Shown: positions 1-18,394, counted from the first letter of the stretch. The stretch is DNA of 64,000 bases from the human T2T-CHM13v2.0 reference genome, Homo sapiens (GCF_009914755.1 NC_060925.1); one strand, 5' to 3'. Made by a program: numbers and translations. Notes: a model not told the origin generated them from the sequence alone.

Positions 1-350
1 TGGAGACAGACAGACATGGGTTTGAGGTTTGAGCCTTGACAGGCTTTGTGCCCTTGGACAAGCAGCATAGCCTCTCAATTCTCAGTTTCTTCAGCCAAAG
101 AATGGTTTCATGACATCATGGGAGTTATCTTCAGTATTAAATGAGATGGCATGTTTAAGGAGCTCACTCCACAACTGGCACCTAACAGTGCTTTTAAACA
201 AGAGTTTTCCTTTCCTCTCAACTGGATAGGGCAACAATTATTGGTCCCACTTGTCAGATGCGCAAACAGGTGCCAATAGGTTGAGTGGCCTATAGCTAGA
301 AGAAGGGTGCCATCCCCTAACTCACAAGCCAAGGCTCTTTCTGCTGCCTT
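1..350. mobile_element. Two MIR SINE fragments
   Basis: MIR core-like text (ccttggaca..ctcagtttct; attaaatgagat; cacctaacagtgctt), followed by an opposite-sense piece. Confidence 0.65.
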
Positions 351-1229
351 TTATCTGGCTCCTCAAAAGCAAAAACAGTTTGTTCTCCCCAAAACTGCTG
401 ATTTTGCCTTGAATAGGTAGCAGTCTGGGTCCTCTTCCTTTTCTCCTTGCTCCCTTTCCCCATATTCTTATTTTACCAGTCTCTTTGCTCACAAATCAGA
501 CTTATCATCATAAAGCAATAGAAAGGGCCATGGGCAGAATGGGAGGTAAATACAGTCCTCTCCACAAGGAAAACAAGCCCTCTCTATTGGTGCACAGTCA
601 TGACTCACCCCAGGCCTTTTATGAGGGCCAGATGCTGAGCATGTCTGAATTGCTTCAAATTGCTTCTTCTTCAGTGTGTGCTGGTGGTGGGGAGGGGAAC
701 AACCAACATCTATATATATTTATACATTTACCAGGAAATGTGTTTAAATTGTTTTCCAATCAAGTTTTACCACAAGCCGGGAGTTCCACACCTAATGAGT
801 AGGCCAAACCCAGCCCATTGTCAACAGAGAAAAGTACATCTCAAACATAAAAGATTTCAAATCAAAATGGATATTAGAAGAGCATGATTCTTGGCATTGC
901 TGAGCAGCCGGAGTTGTCTCCAGCAGCTGACAGTGTGAGTAGTAGTTGTTTTGAGGCTGACTTCATCCTGGATACCTTAGGAGCAAGGCAATGAAGGCTT
1001 CCAAGGAAGGAAAGCGTCTCTTTATGGCCTGCAACTGCTATACATTCAGACCTTTGGAAATCCCTGGTGTGGCTGCTGACCACCGAGAGCCCATCCCTGA
1101 GTTTGCCCACAAGGCAGCAGCCCTGCCTCAACCTGTCTGTTGCTCTGGGGCCACGGCTTGGGTCTTCTCTAAGACAACTTGAACCTAGAGATCTGTATGG
1201 ACCCCTTACATCCGGATGTTACTTGTTAC

Positions 1230-1574
<345 letters not shown>

Positions 1575-1756
1575 TAGTCTTCAGTCAGTGTCCAAAATAT
1601 AAGCCTTCTCATTTGTTCTTTCTCACATTCTCATCACCACACTGCTCTGTGTCCTCTCCCAAATCCCTTTCCCTTTCTCTGCAAGGCTTTCCTCTATGCA
1701 CACTGGATCCTCATTCCATGGCAAATCAATCCTCTTCGTCCTTCATCTTCTCACAG

Positions 1757-1894
1757 AATGCTCTCTCCTCATCTTGGCCTCCCTAAGGCCTGGTCATCCC
1801 CCAGTCACAGGTGTGACTATCAGCTATCTTCAGTGATGGCTTTTTATTCTGCTACACCTGTGTATCTACCTGGGTCAGCAGATTAGGCCTGCAG
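1757..1894 (+). other. Candidate non-coding exon
   Basis: ccttcatcttctcacag acceptor and cag|gtaagg donor; stops in all 3 frames. Confidence 0.25.
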
Positions 1895-2439
1895 GTAAGG
1901 TCAGTGTTCTCACACTCCTGTGCTCCTCTAGACCATTACTCTCCTCCCCCAGGGAACTGCCTTGGGGATCACACCATCTGGCTACACCAGCTTCCCTGTA
2001 TTTTGTGTCTCCTGCCATATTCCTGCAGTCCAGTGTGCAGTGGGAGGACCGTCCCAGGCCATGCCTTACCCTCCTTATATTGAGTGACCCTCATCTCCCT
2101 TCCATATCCATCACCTACTGCCACAGCCACACTATCTGGTTTTTAATCCCTCTGAGATCGCTAGTCCCTTGATCCCTCCTCCTTCTCCCAGCTTATCATC
2201 CCCCAAACAGCATTCTCTCCTTTCCAACACAGCTTAAACTATTCTCTCATCCACACCCTCCATGCCTGGTACTGATATTCTGCTGCCCCCCAACCCCCTG
2301 CACCATGTCCCGTTTGCCTTCTCCTTTCTGTACTGGTAGCTAAGAAGAGCTACAGAAGAAAATCACATGCCTCTACCACCCCACAAATGTGCCTGCACAG
2401 AGGCTGCTGACTACCAACCCTAATATGTCTATTACCACC

Positions 2440-2860
2440 ACCTTAGGATCTTGATTTGGAATAAAAATATTTCCCAGCATCCCTTAGACCAAAACACGGC
2501 CACATCACTCAGCTCTGGTCAGTAAGATGTGAGTAAAATTATTATGTGGCAGCTTCTAGGAAATTTCTTTAAAATACACCCAGAATGTACCCTTCATCTC
2601 ATCTTCTTCTCCTCCATCCTTCTTGGAACATGGATATGATGGCTGGACTTCATCCTGGACCATAAGGATAAGGGTCACACCTGACGGATGGCAGAATGGA
2701 AAGCTAGAAGCAATCTGGGTCCCGCAGAACTGTAGAACCTGAATTGCCTACAATAGGCTTTCTTTTATATGAGAAAGAAAGAAATGTCATTATGTTTAAT
2801 CCACTGTTTTTAGGTCACTGTTACTCACAGCTCCTCACAATAGAACTGAATTCTACTAAC
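2440..2860 (+). mobile_element. MaLR LTR, MLT1-like (old, I/J/K group)
   Basis: atttcccagcatccctt, ggatatgatggctgga, catcctggaccat, tgtttaatccactgttttt..tgttactcacagc. Confidence 0.7.
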
Positions 2861-3275
2861 ACAATGCCCTACACACACAGTCAATTCTTCTGCTTTTCCT
2901 TGGTCTGCTTACTTTCCTGACCCACTCAGGCTCTAGGGCAAGACAGTGTCTCACAGTTTTCAACACACTCAACTGCCACCCCTTCCCTAATCTCACCAAG
3001 TGACCTTCCAGTCTTTAGTTAGGTGGCTAGATACAAGATAAACATTTTAAAATTCATAACCTTTCTCTATTCCAGCAGCAAGCACTACAAAGGAAATGGG
3101 GAAAGTATTGCACTTAGGCAGCCAAAATTATAACACATTTAGAGATCTATTTAATACAAAGACACTGAAACCTAAATGAAGAACATGTATTAGAAGATAT
3201 AAAACAATATCTGGGTAATAGAAAGCTATGGCATTTTCTTGGAGAAGACCTACTGGCTTAAAAAATGTCAGTTTG

Positions 3276-3558
3276 GGCCAGGCATGGTGCCTCATGCCTG
3301 TAATCCCAGCACCTTGGAAGGCTGAGGCAGGCAGATTGGTTGAGTCCAGGAGTTCAAGACTAGCCTGGGCAACATGGTGAAACCTCATCTCTACGAAAAG
3401 TACAAAAATTAGCTGAGTGTGCGGTGGCATGCACCTGTAGTCCCAGCAACTCAGGAGGCTGAGGTAAGAGGATCCCTTGAGCCTGGGAGGTTGAGCTGTG
3501 ATCATGTCACTGCACTCTAATCTGGGCACCAGAGTGAGACCATGTCTCAAAAAAAAAA
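3276..3558 (+). mobile_element. AluJ-type SINE with TSD
   Basis: full dimer; aaaa..gtcagttt on both flanks. Confidence 0.95.
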
Positions 3559-3573
3559 GTCAGTTTCCTCAAA

Positions 3574-3574
<1 letters not shown>

Positions 3575-3619
<45 letters not shown>
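3575..3619. repeat. (TG)n microsatellite, about 22 units
   Basis: direct reading. Confidence 0.98.
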
Positions 3620-3622
<3 letters not shown>

Positions 3623-4049
3623 ATTAGTTCCAATTAGAATCCCAACAATGTTTTTAATAGAATTTTATGAAGATCCCTGAAAAGAATAAATGACTGAAAA
3701 TACTAAGAAAATTATAAAAAAAGAACAGTAAAAGGGACTTGCCTTACCAGAACATATTATAAGGTCAAACGGAAATAGAGAAATAGATCAGTAAAATAAA
3801 ATAGAAAATCCACAATCAATAGAAGTATTTATGAAAAGTTACCACGATGCATGTGAAAGTCTAATTTGGTAGGAAATAAAGTTTCCTTTTTTTATAGTGT
3901 ATAATGTGAACTTTTGATATCTGTATACATTGTGAGATGGCAAAATCAAGCTAATTAACATACCCATTACTTCACATACTTATCATTTGTTTTTGTAATA
4001 AGAATATTAAAATATACACTCTTAGTAATTTTCAACAATACAGGCCATC

Positions 4050-4990
<941 letters not shown>

Positions 4991-5031
4991 CATAAGTGTG
5001 ATCCAACGAGTATATTAGCATGACCCCAAAA

Positions 5032-5033
<2 letters not shown>

Positions 5034-5087
<54 letters not shown>
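5034..5087. repeat. (GT)n microsatellite, about 27 units
   Basis: direct reading. Confidence 0.98.
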
Positions 5088-5089
<2 letters not shown>

Positions 5090-5163
5090 GGGCTTGAAGA
5101 AGTCTTCCATGAATAAGTAGCACCCTTCTTCCTTGCCCAAGGGTCTGAAAAAGTTGAGAGTAA

Positions 5164-5644
<481 letters not shown>

Positions 5645-5919
5645 CACAATATCCTATTTTTAATGATGCGGCTGATTCCCCTACCATCAGACTGTCACTC
5701 CTTAAGCCCCTCCTCTGTTAAATTCTGGATTGCCCATAGCCAGTCCAAATATCTACATCCTATCTCAGTCAGTCTCATAGAAAAGAAGATGACTCTTTGG
5801 GTAACTAACTCTCAAAATCTGTAGTTTTTCCTTATTTCAGTAGTTGTGAGTATACCTCTGTCCCTGAACTGATCACAGTGATAGGCAGAATGGGATATGT
5901 TGATTGGCTTAAACAATCA

Positions 5920-6338
<419 letters not shown>

Positions 6339-6339
6339 C

Positions 6340-6930
6340 GGAAGAAGGGAAATAGAAGTAGGGAGCTAACTAGCAAATGCCCCCTACACATGGGTGTGAA
6401 GTACCCAGAACTGGAGAGCCAGGTCACAGTCAAGCTGAGACCTGAAAGTGAGAAAGGAGTTAACAGGAAAAGAGGGATAGAAGACATTCTGGGCAGAGGG
6501 AACAAAGGTACAAAGCTTGGAGGTAAGAGATAATATAATGCATGCAAGAACTGCTAGGATTTCAGTATGCCTAGTGCACAGAGTGATAAGAGATGACAAG
6601 AGAACGTGCTGAATGGGTGAGCAGAGAGCAGACAAGGATTGTGAGCTCTTTGGTGATGGGATGGAATTTATATCTCCTAGGCAGTTTAGCACAAGCTTCA
6701 GATAAACAGACCTGGGATCGAGTTCAAATCCCAACACTGTCCCTCAATGATTTTGGACAACCTCTCTGAGCTTCAGTTTTTTTAATGTCTAATTTTATAA
6801 TCTATAAAATACAGCTATTAATAGCTCTTTTTCAGAGTTGTTGAAGGGTTATACAACAGGGTATATGTATGGTCTCTGACATATAGATAGTCTGGATAAA
6901 AAGTAACTGTTATTATTACTATCAGTGCTT
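6340..6930. mobile_element. L2 and MIR relics
   Basis: aagctgagacctgaa..gggcagagggaac (L2-like); agacctgggatcgagttcaaatccc..ctctgagcttcagttt (MIR). Confidence 0.6.
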
Positions 6931-7572
6931 CTCTCAGGCCTGGCATCCCTGCCCTCAAAAACCAAACAATACCTAAGTAGTATCAGTAAACATCTGTGGA
7001 TTGAAGGGCTGGCATCCCCTGTGAGTCAGCCTTGCCCCTGTACATAGCTCCATACTCCAGCAACTCCTTAGCCCCTGACCCCAGTCCTGCAGTGTCCTCC
7101 TCAATTTCACGGTGCTCACAACTGCCAAGAAATACCCAAAGCACAGGTATCAAAAGACTGGGACCCCAGGCTGTTGGGCCTGCAGAGATGACGGACTCTG
7201 CCCCACATGTGTACTCTGGCTGGCAGGTCCTGAAAAGACACAGCAACCAGGGCTTGGGAGAGACCAAGAGACCAAGGAGGACACAGCTGCCTGAAGATTA
7301 GGGAAAGCTTGGCTGAGTGAGACATCCCAAAGGTGATTTTTGTTGGCCTCCTCCAGAACCTAGGAGACTAACTCTTAGTGGTATATATTCCGGGATCTTA
7401 GCACCCCTTTCAGGGCATTTGGAAGTGTAAAGGATCACCATGTCTGAAGATCTGGATGTCAAATCTGTCACTGTCTATCTCCCCAGAGGCTGAAGGCCTT
7501 TAGGTGTCTATTCAGAAGCTGCTGGACACAGACCTTTTTCAGGCATCCCTAAAGGGTCTAGAGAATTGGTAG

Positions 7573-7933
<361 letters not shown>

Positions 7934-8096
7934 GAACTTGTACGTGGAACTCTCACAGAAATAGGCTTGAACCTCAGCTCTGCTATTCCATATTTGACTT
8001 TGGGCAAGGTACTTTACATCCTCATCTTCAGTTTTCTCATCTGTAAACTGGGGATGGCAATGCCGAGAATTAAATAAGAAAAAATACGCATAGTGC

Positions 8097-8417
8097 AGCC
8101 AAAAGCGGTGGCTCATGCCTATAATCCTAGCACTTTGGAAGGCCAAGGCAGGTGGATCACTTGAGGTCAGGAGTTCAAGACCAGCGTGGCCAACATGGTG
8201 AAACCCCGTCTCTACTAAAAATACAAAAATTAGCCAGACATGGTGGCATGTGTCTGTAATCCCAATTACTTGGGAGGCTAAGGCAGAAGAATAACTTGAA
8301 CCCAGGAAGCGGAGGTTTCAGTGAGCCGAGATCACGGGCCACTGCGCTCCAGCCCACGCAACAGAGCGAGATTCCATCTCAAAAAGAAAATATATGTGTG
8401 TGTGTGTGTGTGTGTGT
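8097..8417 (+). mobile_element. AluS followed by (TG)n, inserted in a MIR
   Basis: full dimer; MIR text at 7960-8095 and 8430-8480. Confidence 0.93.
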
Positions 8418-9225
8418 ATACACATACATATATGTGCAAAGTGCTAAATATGAACATCCTTCATAAATATTAGTTCCTTTCCTTCCTTTGTTGCTATCAG
8501 GCTTTTTTCCTTACTCTTGGGTTCTTTCTCCTATTCTTTGGCACCCATCCATCTTGTCTCCTATTCTTGCTGTGTACTGACTGTCAGGAAGCTTCATAGT
8601 GCTGTCCTCTTGGATTAACTTCCTCCCAACCCACGGCACTGGCACTTCAGAAGACTTGGCAGTAAAAAGAGCCATAATCATTCAGTCATGCAAATTGAGC
8701 ACTCTATGCTAGGTCTTACGCTAAGCGAAGGAAATACCAAGGAGAATAAGGCAGTCTGTTCCTCATGAAGCTCCACCCCAGTGAGAGACACCAGCACAAA
8801 AGAGCTCATAATAACGCTGTGTAAAAATGCAGTGACTTTGGCAAAGAAGGGCCTACCTGCTGGGTGTGGGAGCCTCTAGGAGGAAGCAACACACAAGATG
8901 AGTCTTAAAGGATGAGTAGATACTGCCTAGAGGAGGGAAGGCGAGGGGAAGCATAAGCAAAATCAAGGAGGAGACCTAGAGCCTGGCATGTGCAAAGAAA
9001 CATGGGCAGTTCTGCATTGCTGGAAAATAAAGTGGCACATAGCCTACAGTAGATGGCCAATTAATATTTGTTTGGGTAAGCATAGAAAGAGACTGATGGA
9101 CAATACAGCAAACTGTTCAATACTATGAAGTTGAGAACAGGAGGCAAGGGAATCCTTCAGTTTTCACATTATACACTACCATGTTGTTTGAAATTGTTAC
9201 AAGCATGTATCAATTTTATAATTTA

Positions 9226-9563
<338 letters not shown>

Positions 9564-9661
9564 TTAATTTTGGCTGCAATGTGTAGAACAAGTTGGAGTT
9601 GGGGTAAGCCTGAGGCAGGGCGACCCAGTTATAAGGCTACTGCAGATGATGAAGGAGTCTT

Positions 9662-9797
9662 TTTTTTTTGTTGTATTTTTAGTAGAGATGGGGTTTCAAC
9701 ATGTTGGCCAGGCTGGTCTCAAACTCCTGACCTTGTGTTCCACCCTCCTCAGTCTCCCAAAGTGCTAGGATTACAGGCGTGAGCCACCGCACCTGGC
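9662..9797 (-). mobile_element. AluS left arm only, flanked by a 15-bp TSD
   Basis: tgatgaaggagtctt at 9647-9661 and 9798-9812. Confidence 0.9.
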
Positions 9798-10057
9798 TGA
9801 TGAAGGAGTCTTAAACCAGAGAAGTAGCTATGGGGGTCGGGAGAAGGAAAAGTCTAGAGCTTCAAGATTGTACAGCTGTGTGGGTGGTGGTACCTTTACT
9901 GAGACAGAGACCATGAGGGAAAACAGGTCTGGGTTAGGAGGGGAGGAGAGGTAGAGACAATGAGAGTAGTTTTGTCCATGTAGGAGCTGTGGTGTTCATG
10001 GGATACCCAGCTGGTAACTTGACTATATGAGTCTGATGTTTCAAAAGAGACAAGAAG

Positions 10058-10509
10058 TGCCGGGCACGGTGGCTCATTCCTGTAATCCCAGCACTTTGGG
10101 AGGCCGAGGTGGGTGGATCACAAGGTCAGGAGATGGAGACCATCCTGGCTAACATGGTGAAACCCCGTCTCTACTAAAAATACAAAATTAGCTGGGCACG
10201 GTGGCGCATGCCTGTAATCCCAGCTACTCGAAAGGCTGAGACAGGAGGTTGCTTGAACCCGGGAGATGGAGGTTGCGGTGAGCCGAGATCATGCCATTGC
10301 ACTCCAGCCTGGGTGACAGAGCAAGATTCCGTCTAAAAAAAAAAAAAAAAAAAGCTAGGTGTGGTGACACACGCTCGTAGTCCCAGCTACTAAGGAGGCT
10401 GAGGTGGGAGAATCGCTTGAATCAGGGAAGCTGAGGTTGCAGTGCCAGGGCACTCCAGCCTGGGCGACAGAGCCAGACTCTGTCTCAAAAAAAAAAAAAA
10501 AAAAAAAAA
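10058..10509 (+). mobile_element. Alu trimer (left-right-right)
   Basis: AluS dimer to 10353, then an extra right arm; agacaagaag on both flanks. Confidence 0.9.
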
Positions 10510-10655
10510 GACAAGAAGAAAATGTAAATTTGAGACATACCAGCATGTAAATCATTAAAACCAAGAGGATAGATGATACCACACAGGAAAAATATGGCAA
10601 AGAAGAAAAAGAGAGGGTCTGGGATGGACACCAGCCTTTAAAATCAGGCAGAACA

Positions 10656-11028
<373 letters not shown>

Positions 11029-11277
11029 TTATATGCTTCCTTGGAGGAAGAATGGTTTGGAAGAGGGAATAGATACCAGTGTCAAATACTTCTAAGAAGT
11101 CAAGGAAGATGAAGTCTCAAAGTGACCTTGACATGTCCATCAAGACCTCTGGGTTTCCTGGGAGTGTCACTCAGAATAATCCTAGGTAGGAAGGGCAGAT
11201 ACTGGAGCTTCCATCCTGCTAATGACTGTATGTGTGAGCTGACTTTTGCCTTTTCCTTTTTTATCCCAATACTGCAG

Positions 11278-11423
11278 GACCCAAACCTTATCACTACACT
11301 TAGTCTGGCTTTGTACATTCTGAGTTCTAGAAAGTCTCAAATGGAAAGGGCTGCGAACCACCCTTGGGCATCCTGAAAAAGGCACCAATCCTGGCACATC
11401 CCTAACTTTCTTTTTGACCCTGA
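11278..11423 (+). other. Candidate non-coding exon with MIR-derived donor
   Basis: gctgac branch, long pyrimidine tract and ctgcag acceptor; tga|gtaagc donor. Confidence 0.25.
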
Positions 11424-11593
11424 GTAAGCCATAGTTCCTCTGTTGGCCTCAGTTTTCCCATTACTAACTAAAAGGGTCAGAGGGAATCATATTTAAGGGC
11501 CCCCTCCCAATCCTCATATTCCATGATCCAATAAACCCCATGAAGAGACAGCCTAGCTTTTTCTGAGCAGGGAGCATTTTAAGATCTGGCTTT

Positions 11594-12200
<607 letters not shown>

Positions 12201-12222
12201 TTTTTAAAATCTGGTTTTCTGA

Positions 12223-12792
<570 letters not shown>

Positions 12793-12999
12793 TAGAAACG
12801 TATTTTTGTTTCATTAAAAAAAGCTTTAGTATGTTTTCTTCTCACTTGCTGTAATTGGAGGAACCTATTCTTGGAGGTAGGATGAGGTCAGTCCCATCCA
12901 AACCTATGGCTCAACGGAAGACAGTGGACAGGTCCCCAGAGGAAGATCAGGATATAATTTGACCAAAGGATGGAAGATGTTTACTACAGGTCTCTACTA

Positions 13000-14830
13000 G
13001 ACACCAAGCACCATGCTACATTCTGGAGACATAATGTTCAAAGACACAATTCCTGCCTTCCAGGAGTTCACAGGAGAACAGTGATGAGGAAACAGTTATA
13101 ATACAGCACAAGGAGAAAAGCATGAACCTGAGAACACACAGGAGCTCCTCCTGCTCAGCCACTCCAACGGGGTGAAGGGTCATAAAAGAGTGAAAGTGGG
13201 GGGTTGTCATGGAACTTCCCAAAAGAGGTAAATCTTTTAAACTTTTTTTAACATTATTTTTTACACACAGCCTCCCATAGGAGAAGGGAGTGAAATCTTG
13301 AAGGATAAGTAAAGCTTTATCAAGTGTAGATGGAAGAAGGGATTTCTAAGCACAGAGCACATCAGCAAAAGCATAAAAATCTCAAGAAAATGGGAGTAGC
13401 TGAGAATGACTGGACCATAAAGTACATGCAAGAGCCAAGGAGAAGAGGAAGCAGTCAGGAGAGAGTGGTGACACACGAGGCTGGAGAGGTGGGCAGACCT
13501 CAAAATCAGGCCGTGCTGACATTTATGCCAAGATTTAAGTGGCATTGACATAAACTCGACAGTTGGAGATCTGGGTAGGGTAAAGCATGAGGAAAACGTC
13601 AGGCAAAAAAACAGGGAACCAGAAAAAAGCCTGAAAAGGTGTTACCACAGAGGTGGAAGGACCAAGTAAAACAGAAGGAAAAACATTTAAAAGGGAAAGA
13701 TAGGAAGTGGCAGTTGCTGCAAAGAGATTAGGGAGGCTAATTCCTGAGAAGACTTGTGATTAGTAATTAATATTGACCTTGACCTCTGACAGAACGATTT
13801 CAGTGACAGTGAAAGGGTTACGTTTGCTTGGAATTTAGTGAATGGGATTTAAAGTTGAAGTGACGACAGTAGGCTACTCTTTCAAAATATTTATGTTTTG
13901 CAAAAGCTATGTATCCAAATACTTATAAGATGCACTCAGTAATTCCCCTTCAGAAATTTATATTAAAGAAATAATCAGAAATATGTGCAAAGATGTATCA
14001 CAAAGGTTGTACTGTTACTAATTATAGCAAATAATTGAGAATAACCTTGTGGTTATGGTTTAAAATGGCTAAATAAATTATAATGCATCCATATAATGAA
14101 AAGTTTAATGCCATGATTAAAAAATAATGTGGTAGAATACTTACTGGTAGAGTAGAAGTGTCAGATTACAAAATATAACATCCAGAATGCTCTCAATGTT
14201 GAAATAAATGAATATTATATATGCACAGAAATAAGATTTGAAGGATATAAACCAGAATGTGAACCTCAGTAGTTACCTCCAGAAGTGTGATTACAAGTGT
14301 TTGAAACATGTTTAGTTATTTGTACTTTCCATTTTTCTACTATAAATATATATTACTTTTGTAATGAAAAATACTAAGAGCTTGACAATAGAGAAAGGAG
14401 GAAGGGATTAGCTTTGAGGGAAACATGGTAGAGGCTTCTATAGTTCGAGGAAGATTTGAGCTTGTTTATGGGTCAAGGGAAAAGAAGGGAGAAATTGAAG
14501 CTATATGAGAGGAAATAATAGGAGAAGCCTGCCCTGGGCAGAGAAGAGGGTACCTGGGGACGAGGGCCCTGGGGAGATGAGGTGAGGATGGCAAAGAACC
14601 CAAAGGCAGCAGGAAAGAGAACTGTTCACGGATGCATGATCACCTGCCACTGTGTTGAGAGCAGGGAGGGGATTAAGGAGATGGAGGAGAGTGGAAAAGG
14701 TTTATAACAGCTGCTATGAGGAATTAGGAAGTCAATTAGCAATAAAAAAGGGGATTGCAGAAAGGCTCCAAGGGAGGGCCCAGCTGCCACTGAGGAGCAG
14801 GACTTGATTCCATTGCCAGTTAATTTACTA
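13000..14830. mobile_element. Degenerate L2 relics with an old L1ME 3' fragment (about 13890-14380)
   Basis: cctgccttccaggagttcacag and purine-rich L2-like text; atggctaaataaattataatgcatccat (L1ME-like). Confidence 0.5.
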
Positions 14831-16560
14831 ACTGCAGCTAAAGAGGAGCTATGTGGCCTGGATCCATCCAATGAATGTCCAAAAAATATCCAGAAAATGT
14901 GACTCAGAATAACTACAATCACTAAGGTCTATACTCACATATTAACTAATTTAAGTGCTGCTTCCTTCTTCTGGTTTGGTCCCAGGCAGTTGTACATCTT
15001 CACTATAATTATTATTTTTAAAAATAAGAGAGGTGAGCAAAGTTAGTAAAATGAAAAAGAATTTAAGAAAATGACATTTTATCAGTAAAATGAAGAAGTG
15101 TCAAAACACCACTAACACATTCGACCAAAAGACAAAGCTGTTTTCAGGGCTGCTGGTGCTTGTTCACATCTAGATGAATGTTTGTAGAAGCCTTCCTAGT
15201 GTCTGATAGTAAACATTTGCTTTGCTTTGGCCTTACAGGTAGGTGATTACAAGGGATTCTAGTCACATAAATAAATGATACCCAGATTTTTCCAATCTGG
15301 CCAGTATAATCATTATAATTCACCTGGAAGGAAAAGTATGAAGAAATTCAGGATTGCTAGCAACCAAGCAGAATTCTCTTATAATGTAGTTTGTGCTTAA
15401 GGAAATCATTTCCTGGACTGAAGGAAAAGAGCTACCATCTGTTAAGCACCTACTATGTGCATGTTCTTTGTTCAGCCCTTTATGTTCACTATTTGTATGT
15501 AATCCTCACAACAGTTCTGCAAGGTAGATATAATTTTCCTCATTTTACAGATGACAGAAGAAGCTCAGAGGTGGTAAATGGTAAAAATGATAGTACCTGC
15601 CTCATAAAACTGTGCATTACATGAGGTAACATCTGTAAAGCATTTAACACATAGCACTTAGCACATAGTATACTTAGCATAAGCATTAGCTGCAATAATG
15701 ATTTAGCCACAATAATATACCAGCATTTATGATATTGTTTGACAAAATAAGGTGGATCTTCTTATCATCATCCTTACTTCACAACAAATGAAACTGGTTT
15801 ACCCAAGGTTCCAGTAAGCTCTCTATAGTCAATATTTCAGTAATCACTTTCACTAGGATCTACTGGGCCTTCATGCTTCCCCCCTAGATTTGAATTTATG
15901 TTTTCTCTGTGTTCCCAATCAAATAATTTTGCAATCCCTTGAGCACACATCACTGGGGAGGAGGACAGCCCAGAGAAGCAGCTTAGTTAGGCTCCAGCCA
16001 GAATAAATTTGGCATCAAAAAAGTGCTGCATATAGGGAAAGGAAAATCTTTTCAGCAAATGGTGTCAGGGAAACTAGATGTCCCCAACCACAAGAATGAA
16101 GTTGGACTCTTACATTATATCATATACAAAAGTTAAATCAAAATGGATCAAAGACCTAAATATGAGACCAAAAACCATAAAACTCTTAGAAGAACATGGA
16201 GGGAAAAAGTTTCATGACATTGGATTTGGCAGAGTATACTTAGATACCAAAAGCACAGACAATGAAAGAAAAAATGGACTGCATCAAAATTAAACAATTT
16301 TATGCATCAAAGGGCACTATCAACAGAGAAAAGGCAACCCACACAATGGGGAAAAATATTTGCAAATCATTTATCTGATAAAGGATTAATATCTGGAATA
16401 TATAAATAACTCCTATAACTCAAGAATATAAAAACCAAATAGCCCAATTAAAAAATGAGAGAAAGACTTGAATAGATATTTCTCCAAAGAAGATATACAA
16501 ACAGTTAATATGCTCAACATCACTAATCACTAGGGAAATGCAAATCAAAACCACCATGAG

Positions 16561-16857
16561 GGCCGGGCGCGGTGGCTCACACCTGTAATCCCAGCACTTT
16601 GGGAGACCGAGGCGGGTGGATCATGAGGTCAGGAGTTCAAGACCAGCCTGTCCAACAAAGTGAAACCCCGTCTCTACTGAAAATACAAAAATTAGCCGGG
16701 CGTTGTGGCATGTACCTGTAGTCCCAGCTACTCAGGAGGCTGAGGCACTTGAACCCAGGAGGCAGAGGTTGCAGTGAGCCGAGACCGCGCCATTGCACTC
16801 CAGCCTGGGTGACAGAGTGAGACTCTGTCTCAAAAAAAAAAAAAGAAAAAAAAAAAA
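16561..16857 (+). mobile_element. AluS (Sg-like)
   Basis: full dimer inside L1MB. Confidence 0.95.
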
Positions 16858-16915
16858 CTCGCAATGAGATACCACTTCACATCCATTAGGATAGGAATTA
16901 TCAAAAATTGAAAAT

Positions 16916-17048
16916 AGGTGGGGCACAGTGACTCACTTCTATAATCACAGCACTTTGGGAGGCTGAGGTGGGAGGACTGCTTGAGTCCAGGGGTTCAAGA
17001 CCAGCCAGGGCAATATAGCGAGACCCCTGTTTCAATTCTTTAAAAAAA
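16916..17048 (+). mobile_element. FLAM / Alu left monomer
   Basis: single arm ending gcgagacccctgtttc. Confidence 0.85.
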
Positions 17049-17431
17049 ATGGAAATAACAAGTTGATATGGAGAAACTGGAACCCTTCTGCACTGCTGAC
17101 AAAAATGTAAAATGGTGCAGTTGCTATGGAAAACAGTATGGTGGTTCTTCAAAATGTTAACCATTGAATCAGTACATGATTCAGCTATTCCACTCTGGGT
17201 ATTTTCAAAACAGAATTCAAATTAGGGATACAAACAGATATTTGTACACCAGTGTTCATAGCAGCACTATTCACAGTAGCCAAAAGATAGAGATAACCCA
17301 AATGTCTACTGACAGATGAATGAATAAACAAAATGTAGTATATACATATAATGGAATATTATTCAACCTTACAAAGGAAGGAGACTCTGGTACATGTTAC
17401 AACAGGGATGAACCTTAAAAACATAATGCTA

Positions 17432-17914
<483 letters not shown>

Positions 17915-18021
17915 TCAGTTTGGGATGTTGAAAAGTTCTGGAGATGGATAGCCATGCTGGTTGCACCACAGTGTGAATGCACTTAATGCCACTGAATTGT
18001 ACACTTAGAAATAATTAAAAT

Positions 18022-18376
<355 letters not shown>

Positions 18377-18394
18377 TTACACATATAATTTTTT

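Noticed and set aside
6983-7325. Several overlapping ORFs, an AP-1 site (tgagtca at 7022) and a possible minus-strand acceptor
   Set aside because: No recognisable protein, no matching donor, and a single motif is insufficient
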